A DNA stretch of 62,082 nucleotides, counting the filler, from Circinaria calcarea (Eukaryota): the NCBI GenBank assembly GCA_051942165.1. It is 12 parts of 12 records of this genome, joined end to end, with 100 filler letters (N's around TTAATTAATTAA, not from the genome) between each part and the next. Parts side by side here need not be neighbours in the genome. Positions count along the whole stretch, not along the records: positions 20,760 to 25,847 come from JAVECS010002054.1; positions 25,948 to 31,033 come from JAVECS010002055.1; positions 31,134 to 36,219 come from JAVECS010002056.1; 9 more parts are not named here. One strand, written 5' to 3'. Under the pieces are notes generated by a model. It searched no databases. It was not told the DNA's origin and was given only the letters and a program-made list of their open reading frames with translations. The translations under genes were made by a program, and so were the position numbers. How positions within the stretch are numbered: position 1 is the stretch's first letter; the number at the start of each line of letters is the position of its first letter. Below, one piece after another: positions 21,396-34,320 of this stretch.

Positions 21396-23416
21396 TTACT
21401 AGGTAGTTGCCGTGGAGGATAACTGCAGACGGGAAATAAAGGATGCCACGCTTGCAAGAAACTGGGGTTTGCACAGTTATCTAGGCGCCGCTGAGCGTTG
21501 AGACATTAAGCAGAGCCTAGGTCCCGTCCCACTCTGCAGAACCTGCCCTACAAGATTTAGCTAGTACTCAAGACGGATACAAGATTCTTAGGCGCTGGTG
21601 ACGTGAGGCGTTCAGGTTCAGATGCATAGCGTGCATCGCTGTGGACGAACCTCTAGAGCGTAGGCCGAGGCTCTTCCTCTATAAGCAGTTTTGTCGTTGC
21701 AGAAGAGAGCGACTTCAGTTCGAAATGGCAAGACAATCTCAAAAAAGGATAGAAGATACTCAAAGGATAAGTATGCACAGTCTAGAAAGTTTTGTTCTGG
21801 TATAAACTAATTTCCTTAAAACAGAACAGAAATGCCAAGAAGGTCGTTATTAAGTGTGTTTACCGCAGCTTCAGGCGCGGCAAAGGCATACTGATATGGA
21901 CTTCCACAGGGCTATGCACACGCATCTTCCACCGTGGAAGCCCACACCAATGTTGTTTCCTGCCAAATCCAGGACGCGGATGGGGGCTATCTTGGCTCGG
22001 CCCATATTGACGAGGATGGTACGGCGCATCCGAACGCAAAATGGGGGCAAAATCTTAACGGATAAACAAACGCTGGTAGTTATAAAAGGAAATAGGGTGC
22101 TCCGCCATGCTCCTAAGGTATAGTGCAAAGACGCTGTCGAGAATAGGTATCGAAATCCTAAATGGTGAAGGATCAGAAGGTTTATGGCATAAACTGACTG
22201 CTACAGTATAATGCGCATATATAAACCACACAACTGCCAAGTTCAAATACTGCTGCTGTTCTGCTCAGATTGCCCATTTATAATGTGTATGTTGCTAAAA
22301 GCGTGTGTATTTAAATCCAAAATGCTCCAAGCCCCTCTACGCATGCGCCAAAAATTAATGCCCCGACCTGTCCCATTCCATTCTAATCGTTTTTGTCTCC
22401 ACCATATATGGTTTGAAATTCTATTCAGGTTTAGGTTTGGGTGGGGGAATGAAATGCAATTATTAAACCAAGTCAGCGAGCAAGTGGTAAGTAGTAAGTA
22501 GCAGCAGCAGCAGCAGCAGTACAGTTTGCTTGCATGCATGCATTCCCCTGATCAAGAGATTGCACCGTCAAAATAATTGTGGGGGATAAGATTCGTTCTA
22601 GAGGTACAATTTGGGTTATAAGAAAAAGAAAAAGAAAAATAAAAAAAGTGGGGTTGTTAGTGGGATCAAAGAGACTCTGGCTGGGAGGGTGGAGCAGGGA
22701 TATAGGGTTGAATTAGTAATCAAAGGGATGAATAATGCAGGGTCGATGTTGAAAGGATAGGTCAAAGTGGGTGTGCTCGACTGGACTGTGGGAGCATGCA
22801 TAATTGACTCTCTCTCTTTTAGAGAAGCAGTATGAAATGAAAGAGCAGCACAGGAGAAAGCCACCTGCGTCTTCCCTATGAAAAACCTTCCGCGGAACCA
22901 TGTCCGCTCGAGTCAAATCCCCATCCAATGCAACTACCTTCTTTTCTTCGCTACCCGCTACTCTATCTCTACCTAGTACAAATTCGCCTCCCACACATGA
23001 TAGACACATCTAGACTCCTTGGTCTCATAAGTTCAGAAGGATATCGAATCCGCAAAGACGAATGTCCGCATAGCTCAATGGACAGATGAGCAAACCAGAG
23101 CACAGGGCGCCAAACCGGGTGGTGGAAGATTGCAAAGAAATCTATATGCACGGAACCTTGGATACATTGTTGTACAATTGGTATGGGATGGGAATCTTGC
23201 CAAGTACATCTAGACCTAGGCCAAACCCTACCAAACCAACATGTCGATGCATGAGATCTAAACTCCCCGGGGTATATGTGCATCGTCAATATCGTTTTCG
23301 TGGTTTTCATTATCCGGTCCTTTGTGTATCTCCGCGACTCCTCTGTTGCGTCGTCCAACCGCTATGGAATTTTGATCTTGCCCGGATTGCTGTTGCCTCG
23401 TCTAGGTATGACTGCC

Positions 23417-25814
23417 TCAATCGGCATTGAGTAGAGAGTTGATCTCCAAGTATCTTGCACTTGGATCCTGCTGTTGTCTCCTAGGCATGTCAATCTGTTT
23501 CTCCCACTCTTCCGGCCACTTTTTCGCAATGTCTGGACTGATGTAGCCGACAATTTGCTCGGTCGGTTGAGCGTACTCGAGCCGTGTACAGGCATCTAAT
23601 AAATCATCCAGGCCATATCGGCTCATGACGCCCACGTGATCATCGATGTCACTGGGAAGTTTGATCCCATAAGCTTCAGCGGTGGCGCGAAACATTTGTT
23701 GCAGAGGGCCACAAACTGGAAAACCTGGTCGAGCCTCTTGCAGCATGCTCAAAACATAAATGATCTTCTCTACCTGGAGTGTCTCCCTGCGCGAATAACG
23801 AATCAACGTGTCACCTAGGTGAAGGGTACAGAAGATCGTCAAGGGTAAGTTCTGGCGATGGGAGTACAGACGTCCAGAATGCTCTAGAAGGCCGAGAGCC
23901 TCCTCGGCATGGGATAAGACCATGATACGAATCTCTTCTCGATGTTCTGCTGAGAAATAGTTGCATTTTAGGAGTGGAGTGAACAGCTGGGTAAGGGCGG
24001 TGTGATATTGTATACTAGATGCTATCAGAACCAGCGTCAAGAAGATGTGGACTTGAAGGGGGGGAAGGGAATCGTACTGGAGTGATAGGATGTGTGGAAG
24101 AGGCTGCGTGTCAACGTCGGTACTTCTAAGCTGCCAAGGTAATTCTTCAGCCCAATCGAGATATCGTTTGTAGCACCCGATAACGCTCTCGGCGGTGACC
24201 CTCCCACGCGCGCCACAATATACGGTGATGGTATCATGGACGATGCGGAAGAGTTTGGCTTGGGAGTAGGCAGTAAGGATGGCAAAGCTCGGCCTTTTGG
24301 GGACATCTCGTTCATCTCCCGGCTGGCGATAATAACGCCATTGAGCTGGACCGTAATCTCGATCGACCTGAACGTCGAGGAAGACCCGTGACCTGGGCGA
24401 TACAGGAGCAAACGGTTTCTGATAAGTGAACCCAGACCATGCACTATCAAACGTTAGAATCCCAAGGAACATCTGTCCGCGTTCTGAGGTGCTCACGTGT
24501 TCAAAGTGTGAACCCCCCAGTGGGATAGCTCCAGTGCCTGTTGTGATTGCCCGTCCGCTTTACTGAATTTTAAATGGTCTGCTGCACACCTGAGATAAGC
24601 TGTCGCGCTCCTGGCCTTCCCAGAGCTCAGTTCGGAGAGGAACATGATGGCAAAGGCCTGGATAGATGTCATTCGGGTAAAAACCTCCGGTACGAGGGTC
24701 GCGCGCGCTTCAGCCATGAAAGCTCCCCGAAGCTGTTGTGCATCTTCATATCCACTCATACTAGCTTTATCTCGCGGCTTGGCTTCTGGACTGGGATTGT
24801 CAAGCAGATGGCAAGCCATTGCGCAGATCGCGTTTGTCAGGGGTATCGAGCAATAAGTGTCATCACCGAGACGATAGCTGGCGAGAAAATCGACCTCGCT
24901 AAAGAGCATATGGATCGGGTGCACCCAGGTAAAGTACAGTTCAAATAGATGAGTGATTAACGTCTGACTTTTGGTGACTTGGGTCCACTGTTGTGCCGTG
25001 TCCGCAAGCACTTGAGTGGGACTTTGATCGGCCTCGTAAAGGTCTTCGACTCTTTTCACAATGTTCAGGATAGCCTGGTGGGAAGGAGGCAATGATCTCA
25101 AATGTTTGCGAAGGTCCGGTTGAGCAAGGAGCCAGCGAGCAACAGAGTCCCGCGGTTCGCCATGGCGAAGTCTTCTGACAATCTCGTGGTTATGCCCGTT
25201 ATTCTCGAGTATATCAAGTATAACCGATTGCACGTCTTCTTTCGCTTGCAGGGCATCTTTGTCTTTTCGCAATAAACTAGCCGCTTCCTGGAGGCCGGCA
25301 TGCTCCGCTTTGATCTCCTCAATTTCTCGGAGAAGATCATCCTTGTGGGTTTTCGTATGAGGCTCGTAGACACATCGCAGATCTCGTGATACACACCGGG
25401 TACACGGATCTGGTCTCTCACCATCGCACTACAGTCGATGATTAGCTCGGTTGATCAACAACGGCACGACGCAATACGGTAGAAGGAAGTCCGAGCCCAA
25501 AGAGCTGCGGTGGTCCGTTTGCCTGCTGCCGCGAGGTACCATACCTTGGCCCTTGCACGCCTGCACTCGGTACATGCTAGCACAGTCACCTGCCCAGCAA
25601 TCCTCCGCCGGCGAGGCCCTGTGTCGCTTGATCTCCGTCCATGTCCGCTGACACTCCCGCCGCCGCTCGTGCCGCCGCTGGGACCACCTGCGCTGGTCAC
25701 TCCGCTCGCGCCAGAACTGTGGCTGCTGGGCTGTTTGCTCGGTGATGATCCCGAAGACTGGTCGGTCTGTGAGTATGGTGCAATAGATCGAAATTCTGAC
25801 ATTGGATCTCCCAT
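23417..25814 (-). CDS. Zn(II)2Cys6 transcription factor with fungal-specific TF domain (NirA-like architecture), 4 exons
   Basis: ACTECRRARAK|CDGERPDPCTRCVSRDLRCVY cluster split by an intron; LFELYFTWVHP...SIQAFAIM middle-homology region; further introns near 24496 and 24077. Confidence 0.88.
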
Positions 25815-25949
25815 GAAAAAAGGGCATACTCCGGGGTTATGTAGTACNNNNNNNNNNNNNNNNNNNNNNNNNNNNNNNNNNNNNNNNNNNNTTAATTAAT
25901 TAANNNNNNNNNNNNNNNNNNNNNNNNNNNNNNNNNNNNNNNNNNNNCC

Positions 25950-27060
25950 TGTAGCTTGCCCACTCCATGCGGAACAGCAAATATGTAAACAAAGGGTTCA
26001 TTGAACCTCCGGGAACACTCTGCATGGAATGCGCGGGTGTGCAGAACTTCTGCATGGAAAACCATATGTTCCGCCACCTTCCAACAAATGGAAGATAAAA
26101 GTGAAGCGAAGCTATTGCACCTTTTCCGGGCAGCCTGGGGTCACACCGCACCGGAGGACACCCATGGAGATAGGGCAATCGGTAAACGTAAGAGATCGAG
26201 CCTTAGGTCACACGGAAAATCCGGCTACTAATAACATATTTGGCCTAAATAACGCGTGAACTCGAACGTACGCGGATCCACCGTTTCCTTCTCCCGAACA
26301 ATTCTTTCTTTTTGTATTTGGAAGTGTGATGACCATCTTCTCAACGTGTTTGAGATATTTGCGTCGATTCTCTATTCCTCGTACAACTACCTTGGCGGGT
26401 TGAACCCGGTGCTTGCTGGGGGAGGAACGTTTTTCAAGCATGGATACGCTGCGAATCACCCTCCCGGCGATACGGTTTGGGTTCAAAATGGCCAAGTCTT
26501 GATAGTCCTAAGGTATCACGACAATTTCCGAGCGGACTGGGAATTGCAATCAAGGAGGTATGAGGAACATCATATGTTCGCTGGGTTGAAGAAAAAACGG
26601 GAGAAGGTATAAATATTAAAAGATGAAGCGGAAAAAAAGCAGAAAGAGTATGATACGCTAGAGCCAAAGGTGAAAACCTTAGAAGACGCAGTTAAGGAGA
26701 GAAATACCAAGGCCCTGAACTAGTAAAGAAATAGGGATAAAGAGAGAGCCGTAGTACAGTCGAAACTTCAGCTTACTATCTATAGTTCCTGGGAGAAACG
26801 ACTGCACAAGGAGCGAATCAGTGAGTATACTTAGTGTTTCGAGAATCAGGAAATATGCGGGATATGAAATTATTTAAATTATCTATTCATGGAGGAAGTG
26901 GCTGGCAAGATGGAGGAACTCTAGGAAAAGCTAGAAATGGCGAGATTAACTAGAAAGAAGCAGGTGATATAGAGGGAATACGGGACGAAATAGAGGGGGT
27001 CGATTTTTAAGAAAAAAGCATGCTCCAGACGTCTAGCTGCTAGATTCGGAAATTTTTAAT
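25950..27060 (+). pseudogene. RIP-inactivated orphan gene with C-terminal coiled coil
   Basis: One reading frame (that of ORFs 26001 and 26256) runs ~1.1 kb with no frameshift but about a dozen TAA/TAG/TGA stops, each explicable as a single RIP-type transition (CAA/CAG/CGA or TGG). Confidence 0.65.
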
Positions 27061-27583
27061 TATATTATTCTAACGCGCCTTCTAGTATCAAGCTACGTAT
27101 ACAGCATATTATTAAAAACTGGCTTAATAGAAAAGAATTATAGCATAGAGCGTAAACTTGCTTCGTTGGAATAAGGTTATATTTAAAATTCTTAATCTTT
27201 TTTCGGTCTCACGACTGTGACTTGAGCATTTCCAGCATTTTTGAAGCCTTTAGCACGGTAAACACAATTAGTATACCGCCCAGTAACCCCAGCATCTCCA
27301 GCATTCCCAGACACTCAGTATACTGTCAGCGTCCCCCGATATACCCAGCACACTCAGTGTACCGTTTAGTAGCCCTATCATTCACGGTATTACTAGCACA
27401 TATTTACTATACAGAATTATTAGTATCCCCAGAATCTCATGCTCTAGCATCCTCAGCACATTTAATATACGCTCAGTTGCCCCAGCATTCATACGTAAGG
27501 CATCCCCCAGACCGTTTTCCTCAGTATTTTAAGCATCTCTATAGCCCCAGCAATTTCTCAATTCTACAAGTTTCAACGTCAAT

Positions 27584-29851
27584 ATATCTCAAGAAATTAC
27601 AACCAGGCTTGCCGAAGCAGAGCGCCTCAGGGCACTCGTGTAAGAAATAATAGATCTGATTTTTGAGGTGCCAAACGCAACACGCACAGACCTTAAGGAT
27701 TTGTTCGGTGAAATCCTAGGCCCACTGATAGAGGAAATGAACACGGTATTCACCCATATCAAAGCCATCGATGTTGAGAGAACCCAATCCCTGTTAGGAG
27801 ATAGACTTGCGGTAGCCTTCTAGCAAAAAATATTAGAGGAGCAGGAAGTCGTTGTTCAAAAGGACCGGTTGAACCTCTAGAACGCTAAGATAGCACCTTA
27901 GCATGACAAGGATGCCTATAACGCTTGAAAGCTGGTTTTTGAGGAGAAAAAAGCTGCATTACAACAAAGGGAAATGGGCGTTGTAAGCCGGGAGGTCACC
28001 ACCGAGGATAAAGAGCAAATATTGAAGACACGAGAGGAAAATCTCCAAGCCACCAAGAAATCCTATTTTGACAGCATGGAAAAAGATGAACGCGCCTTGG
28101 AGAGCCAAAAGGCCGCTGCGGAAGAAGTAAGACGACGAGTTGAAGAGGAGCGAGTAAAACTCAGAGGAGCTCAATTAGCCCTCGGTCACACCAAAGAGGA
28201 ATTGGAGGCTAGAAAGACAACATACGAGCAAAAGGAGGCTGGTTTAAAGGAAAGGGAGATGGGTATAACCGGCCGTGAAGCACAGGTTAAGGAACGGGAG
28301 GATGCAATTACCACATATGAAGAGCAGCTTCTAGCCAGTCAAAAGTCCTTTTCGGACCCTCTTGATAAAGACAAACGTTTATTGAATGACCAAAAGGCCG
28401 CCCTAGAGGAGGTGAGACTTGGGGTTCAAAACGAGCAAGTTGAACTTTCAGGGGCTCGGGCTACATTCCAAAGGGAAAACGAGGAGCTTATCAATATGAA
28501 AAAGGTGTATGAGGAGAAGGAGGCCAGATTGAACGAGAGGGAAAAGGAAATCATAGGCCGCGAATCACGCGTGGAGGAACGGGAAGAAGCTCGACGCTCT
28601 ATTGCCTCTGAAATATCATCGTTGAAAGACTTGCAATTTCAGGTGAGCAAGGAGCAATCAGACCTCCGAGAATCGCAACGGAGATTCCAGAACGAAAGGG
28701 AGGAGCTTTTTGATATGAAGAAAATATACGAGGAGAAGGAGGCCGGCCTGAACGAAAGAGAGTTGGGCGTGACACGCAGAGAAGATGGAATGGAGGAGAA
28801 GAACCTCGGGCTGAAGCAACGAGAGACGGACCTCGTTGCAAGCCAAGCAAGCCTTAAAACTCTCATGGAAACACCGCGGACCCTCGATGGGGAAGCCCTG
28901 GCAAAACTCGAAACAGCTATTAACCAAGCAGCCGAAAACATACAACAGGCAGCCAGCAAAAGAGAGAAGTTGCAAAAGGAAGCATTGCAGAAAGTTTACA
29001 CCAAAATCATTGCTATTCAAAAGCAGAGTTCCCAGATTAATACCAATCTCCAGAAACATATGGATACCATTGATGGGTACGGTTTCTCCACTTTGGAGGC
29101 AGTGCTAGAGGACGTGGCCAGCAGGGAGGTTGGAACGGAGATCAAAGGGAACATTGAAGCTATCCTGGCCAAGCTCACGGAACGACCGAACCAGGAGGAA
29201 GTGATTTGGAAGGAAGTCAAGGGGAAGATTGATGTTATATTGGAGAAGCTCTCGGAACGACCGGATCAAGAGGAAGAGATTGGAAAGGAAGTCAAGGGGA
29301 AGATTGATGTCATATTGGAGAAGCTCTCGGAACGACCGGATCAAGGGGAAGAGTTTGGAAAGAAAGTCAAGGGGAAAATTGATATCATATTGGAAAGGAT
29401 TCTGGAACGGGAGTACCAGGATACGGAGTTTTCTGCCTTACCCCATCGACCTACAAAGAAGCAAAAGCTGTCCGGGGAGGGCCCAAGTGTCACATCTGCG
29501 CCAATTCCCACACCTGCGCCAATCAACGACATCCGGGAGAAGGTCACCAGCATTCTGAACCTAGTAGATATACATTGCAAGAGGGATGACCGAGCAGATC
29601 AACTCGAAGATATATTGGTTGAGATATTGCAGGAAAGGCCAAAGGAGCCAAAACTTAAGCTGGGTGCCATACTAACCAAATGTGCCGGTCAAACCGGATC
29701 GTGCTTGCTCTGTCAGCTGAGGCAAACGCCCTGTCAGTTGGAAGGGCAAGGAGCTTGTACAAATTGCATGGAGGAGCCGTGTTTGCAGGTCGCTTTATCA
29801 CAGGGGATCAAGGGGAAGAAATGGATATTTATAGAGAGAGGTTCAGAATAG
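27584..29851 (+). pseudogene. Long coiled-coil repeat protein with C-terminal Cys6 cluster; 5' end RIP-damaged, 27974-29851 still open
   Basis: Frame extends 130 codons upstream of 27974 through 5 stops to ATA-TCT-CAA (probable ATG>ATA). Recurring YEEKEAGLNERE units, 25-aa repeats, and CLLC-x6-C-x7-CTNC-x4-C. Confidence 0.7.
29125..29415 (+). repeat. 75-bp (25-aa) coding tandem repeat, ~4 copies
   Basis: EVKGKIDVILEKLSERPDQEEEIGK-type units. Confidence 0.85.
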
Positions 29852-30591
29852 CAGTAATTAAGCAAGTGTTGCACCCTGAAACGTTGGCCAATCAAATCTT
29901 GTGTGTATTTAGCTATGATATAACAGCAGCAAGCTACCTGTATAGGTTTAGAAAGTCCGGCTCTGTTGCTACGGTAACTAGCTTCTTCAACGACATCTCG
30001 TAATCCTGAGCTTGATCTCCCTTTTACTAAGCTGGTTATGCTCGCTCCCCGATTTTGCCTACGGATTAACGCTGGAGCAGGAGAAGCTGCAGATGGTAGG
30101 GGACTTTCTGTGGTGGAGTGGGTGGCGGGAGGTCGAGGTTGCTGACGGTTTGCGATGGGATAACGTCTTGATCCTCTCCGCACGCGTCCTCTGCTGACAT
30201 TTTCAGGAATGGCCCATACCCCAGATCACACGAGTACCGATGCCACCGAGAAGCTGTCCCCAAATCACGTCCTCAACTTTGTCCCATAGCCACCTCTTGG
30301 CCATCATCCAACCTCGGTTCCTCCTTGCTCGCCAGGTCCCACCAATGCGGCACAGAGGGGGAGGAGTCAGGAGGGAGGAATGGATATGAGGGTGGCGGCT
30401 GAAGGTGTCGTTTGGGGGGATGGCCGCAGTCCAGTCTGGGGCGGCGCGCAAGCCTGAGATGGCGGTCCTCCCCTTCTCTTTCCCTGCTCTTGGCTCACAG
30501 TGCGTGTGGGATGTCGTGGGTTACTATGGTTGATTGCACGTAGTTAGCATGTTGCCTGGTTCCTCGCCGATGTGATTTGGGGACGTTTCTC

Positions 30592-30648
30592 ATGCTTCCC
30601 TCTTCTACAGATGCTTCCCTCTCCTACAGATGCTTCCCTCTCCTACAG
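30592..30648. repeat. 19-bp tandem repeat x3
   Basis: ATGCTTCCCTCT(T/C)CTACAG at 30592, 30611 and 30630. Confidence 0.9.
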
Positions 30649-31157
30649 AAACCCTCTCTCTGTCAGGTGTCTACTCCTTGTGTCCCGGCTACCTCCAGAT
30701 TGCGATGCGCATGGTTGCAGCCGTGGGAATATACACATTGGGCGGTAACCAGCGCTTCCTGCGCGTCGCACGCGGCCATACCCTACCCATCTCTTGCTAC
30801 TCGTTCCGTGGTCGATCAGACTCTATGCTACGGTCTATGGTCAGCCTATGAAAAGTGTCGCATACTGTCACAAGGAGAAGCGGTTGGGGGAAATATTTAC
30901 GGTGGCAGCTTTCACAATCCCAACCCCCTCAAGTGCGTGATTGGTTAAAGGTTACATTCATTACTACGATAATGCAGTATACTCAGGATTAATAGTTTAC
31001 GAGACCTATATTGCGATACGTAAACCAATATACNNNNNNNNNNNNNNNNNNNNNNNNNNNNNNNNNNNNNNNNNNNNTTAATTAATTAANNNNNNNNNNN
31101 NNNNNNNNNNNNNNNNNNNNNNNNNNNNNNNNNATTGATTGCTAAGAATTCGAGCAG

Positions 31158-31482
31158 GGACTTGTCCGATGCGATGTCCTCGCTTAACTTGGCCCAAAGC
31201 AACACCCTACAAGACCAGAGACAGCGGGAAACCCTTCGCCATCAGTATAGTATAAAACCGACCGAGCGTGAGCCATTAACTGCTCCTACTCCTAACAGAG
31301 CACCAGTGTCTCCTCCATCGGCTTCACCGGGAATATGGAGTCCTGAAATGGGAATCAATTTTGGTGGGCCTGCACCCCGGGCACTGAACAACAACATACA
31401 TAATCCAGCATATCCAAATACTCGAAGTGGCCAAACCCGAGGTGGGCAGTGGAATCCAAGTCAGGGTGTCAAATTTGGATGA
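31158..31482 (+). CDS. palA: pH-response regulator PalA/Rim20, last exon
   Basis: After branch site and acceptor GCTAAG...CAG: PLTAPTP...GIWSPEMGINFG...GQWNPSQGVKFG*, matching the PalA C-terminal pattern as I recall it. Confidence 0.7.
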
Positions 31483-32750
31483 GCCTTGAAGATAGTTCAT
31501 TGTCGATTATTCAAACTCAGCTGCCTATGCTATGGAGATGAATGTTGCCATCTCTAACAGCTTTCTGAAATTGGGGGCTGCCTTTTGACGATGAATGAGT
31601 GAGCTTGGCTATATATACTATTGCTTGTGAACCTTTCAACAACCCGTCTTTGTAGAGCACCGTGTCGCTGATCGCTCAGGCTGCTAAAATCGAGGATGGA
31701 GGCTTGCATGAGACCTTTGACAGACCATCCTCGACACTCGGCATATACCTATTCAGGTCTAACCAATACCGAAAACTTTCACCAAGGGAGGGCTCTATCG
31801 TCTATCACAGGGCTGGTACAGATATACCTGTGCATCTTTTCGCCGGGAAAAGCTCGCGTTACTGATTACCCCTTCGCTAGAGGCAGAAGTATCTATCGGT
31901 AAATGAACTTCCAATCGGCCTTGCTCGAAGAATTGCTCCAGGGCCGTGTATGGGGTAAACTGCTAGTTGGGGGGAAAGTTGAACTTGCGAGTGAGCCTGG
32001 ATTCTGCGGTTCGAGTTACATGGTACATGTTCATACTCAGCTTGTTAGGTACCGCGACCTTTTTAATTTGTGCAAATAGAATTATGGCAAGTCAATTACG
32101 ATGACACACTTACCTAGGCTTACTACCGCGGCCTGGAGGCTGATTGGCAATTTTGAATTTCATCGGTTTTCTACCTAATTAAGAATATGGTAGGAAAACA
32201 CGAGTTGCTTCCGGTTCTCCAGTTGATTTAGATCTACGTTAGAATAACTATTTCCAAGGTTCTCTAGGAGAGTCTGAGCTACAACGGGAAGTACATGGAT
32301 TACAACTCGACATTTTCGGTCCGGAGGCCTGTTTTTGTTGTACACATTTGTGATTATTTTTTGGTATATCCGAAAGGACATATGTGTACCCAGCTGGAAT
32401 ACACATCTCCCCACGGTTTCCTTTTGATCCTTCCTCCTCACGTAATGTAAGTTTTTTTTACCTTTTCGGGATGATGGACATCCCTTTTTTTCAAATACAA
32501 AAAGGGAGGGGAAGGCTGTCTATCAATCGATGATATCGGTCTATCTTTCTTTTATTCACTCTCTCCCTTTTTTCTCTCTCTTCCCATTTTCACATTGAAA
32601 CCTTGGAGTACTACCCATCTCTTCCCCCACCCCCCAAAACCACCCGTGCATATACTCCAGTTACCCTATTTAATGTAGGACAAAACAAACTTTAAATCCG
32701 TCCGACCCCTTTCTCCCCCGGTTTCCCGCACACCCTGTTCTATCCGAACC

Positions 32751-32788
<38 letters not shown>

Positions 32789-33097
32789 GTTTCCAAATCT
32801 TGGACATCCTTCGACCTAAACTGCCATACAGTTCTGTCCCAGGCGAAGGTGAATGCCCTCCGCACGCACGTTTTCTGGAGAAATAGCATCGTCACTGTAT
32901 CGTTGGTGTTGGGAGCAGCGGTGGTTATGGAGAGGGGGTAGGTGAGAATCGTTGAGAGGTGATGTGGAAAGATTTTGCTTGTAGGTCCGTCGGGGAGTCC
33001 TTTCTATCTAAGCTGTTTTAGATTATAATCTCGTTTTCTCGTGATGTCGTGAGGGGTACGCCTCTAAAAATATACTAAATACCGTGTTTTTCATCCC

Positions 33098-33964
33098 TCA
33101 CTCTCCCTCTTTATATAACCCTTCATTGGAAACCCAGTCCGCTACACCTTCCGTGCACATCTTCCTCAGCGCCTCCATGTCCCCACTACTAGCCGCCCTC
33201 CTCGCCTTCGTCGAGCTAACCACCTCCTCCCCTCCCGCCTTCCCTTCCACAAGTTCAATCCTATCCGCCCACTCCCGCTTCCCTCCCTCATTTTCCCGCT
33301 TCCCGTCCCTCAACTCCTGCAAGTACGCATCTTGCTCCTTCTTTCCGCCCCAATCGTCATCAGGCCGGTACATGACTCGCAGTCTATGATGCGTAAAGAG
33401 CTCTTTTAGGGGCTCAAGGGTGTGGTTGGGAGGATAGTATTTCGGATTGAAAATGCGGGGTAGGCTGTCGAAGCCTGCGAGGTGGATCTGCTGGACTGGG
33501 ATTGAGGAGGATGAGCCCGGGCGGTTATAGACGCCGGAGGAAGCGATGGCGGTGGCTTTGTCGACGTAGAAGGGGAGGGTGGTGACGCCGATATCGATTG
33601 CGATATCGCCTTCTAAGGACTGTGTCTTGGTATCCTCCAGGGATGTAAGCAGATCTTCGGCGAAGACCGTCATCATGGCGAGCCGATGCTCGAAGGAGGC
33701 AGGCTTGGGCGCTTTATCAGCATTGTTTATTGCGAGGAGTAAAAGGAGGCGCGTGGGGCCGGAAGCGGAACTGGTTTCGAGAGCAGAGGAGGCGATGCGG
33801 AGGTGGGCGCGGGTAGGCGGGTTGAAGGAAGAGTCGAGGATGTAAAGGGTTTGGAGGGTTGGGGGGATTGGAACTGATGGGACGGAGCGGAGAACTTGGA
33901 AGGTGGAGGTGAAGGATCGGAGGGCGGAGTGGAAGAAGGTGAGGAGGGGTGGAGGGGAAGGCAT
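33098..33964 (-). CDS. POF1: Nicotinamide-nucleotide adenylyltransferase / cytidylyltransferase-like (Pof1-like)
   Basis: LYILDSSFNPPTRAHL, NADKAPKPA, PFYVDK, GFDSLPRIFNPKYY, VSSTKAR motifs. Confidence 0.82.
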   Translation of the reverse strand: MPSPPPLLTFFHSALRSFTSTFQVLRSVPSVPIPPTLQTLYILDSSFNPPTRAHLRIASSALETSSASGPTRLLLLLAINNADKAPKPASFEHRLAMMTVFAEDLLTSLEDTKTQSLEGDIAIDIGVTTLPFYVDKATAIASSGVYNRPGSSSSIPVQQIHLAGFDSLPRIFNPKYYPPNHTLEPLKELFTHHRLRVMYRPDDDWGGKKEQDAYLQELRDGKRENEGGKREWADRIELVEGKAGGEEVVSSTKARRAASSGDMEALRKMCTEGVADWVSNEGLYKEGE

Positions 33965-34320
33965 TGGCTGACTGGGTTTACCTTCGTACTATACGAAGTA
34001 GGTCAATGAAAAACTAAAGGGTTTCAATGAGTAATGAACAGTGGTTCTCATGCCTGATGGTAACATGAGCAATAAACTGCCTAATTGACAGACCGTGAGG
34101 ACTTCAAGTGTCCTGCTCGAAGATCGGATATGCCGACATCCCAGTAAACGCGCGTTGCCCAAACCGACATAGCGCATGATTTTCACATATCCAAACGGAC
34201 CTCTACGTGGGGCAAGCTGTCAAAGATGGATACGCCCTTGTCTTGACCACAACGTGTCTGTACATACACTAACCCTAGCGATTTGGTGAGCAGTCAGATC
34301 TAAACTGGTGTATTTACAAG

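Noticed and set aside
25950..27973. Stop-codon reassignment (TAA/TAG = Gln) or readthrough
   Set aside because: TGA stops and ATG>ATA changes also occur, damage fades along gene 2, and other genes use TAA/TAG as normal stops. RIP explains it better.
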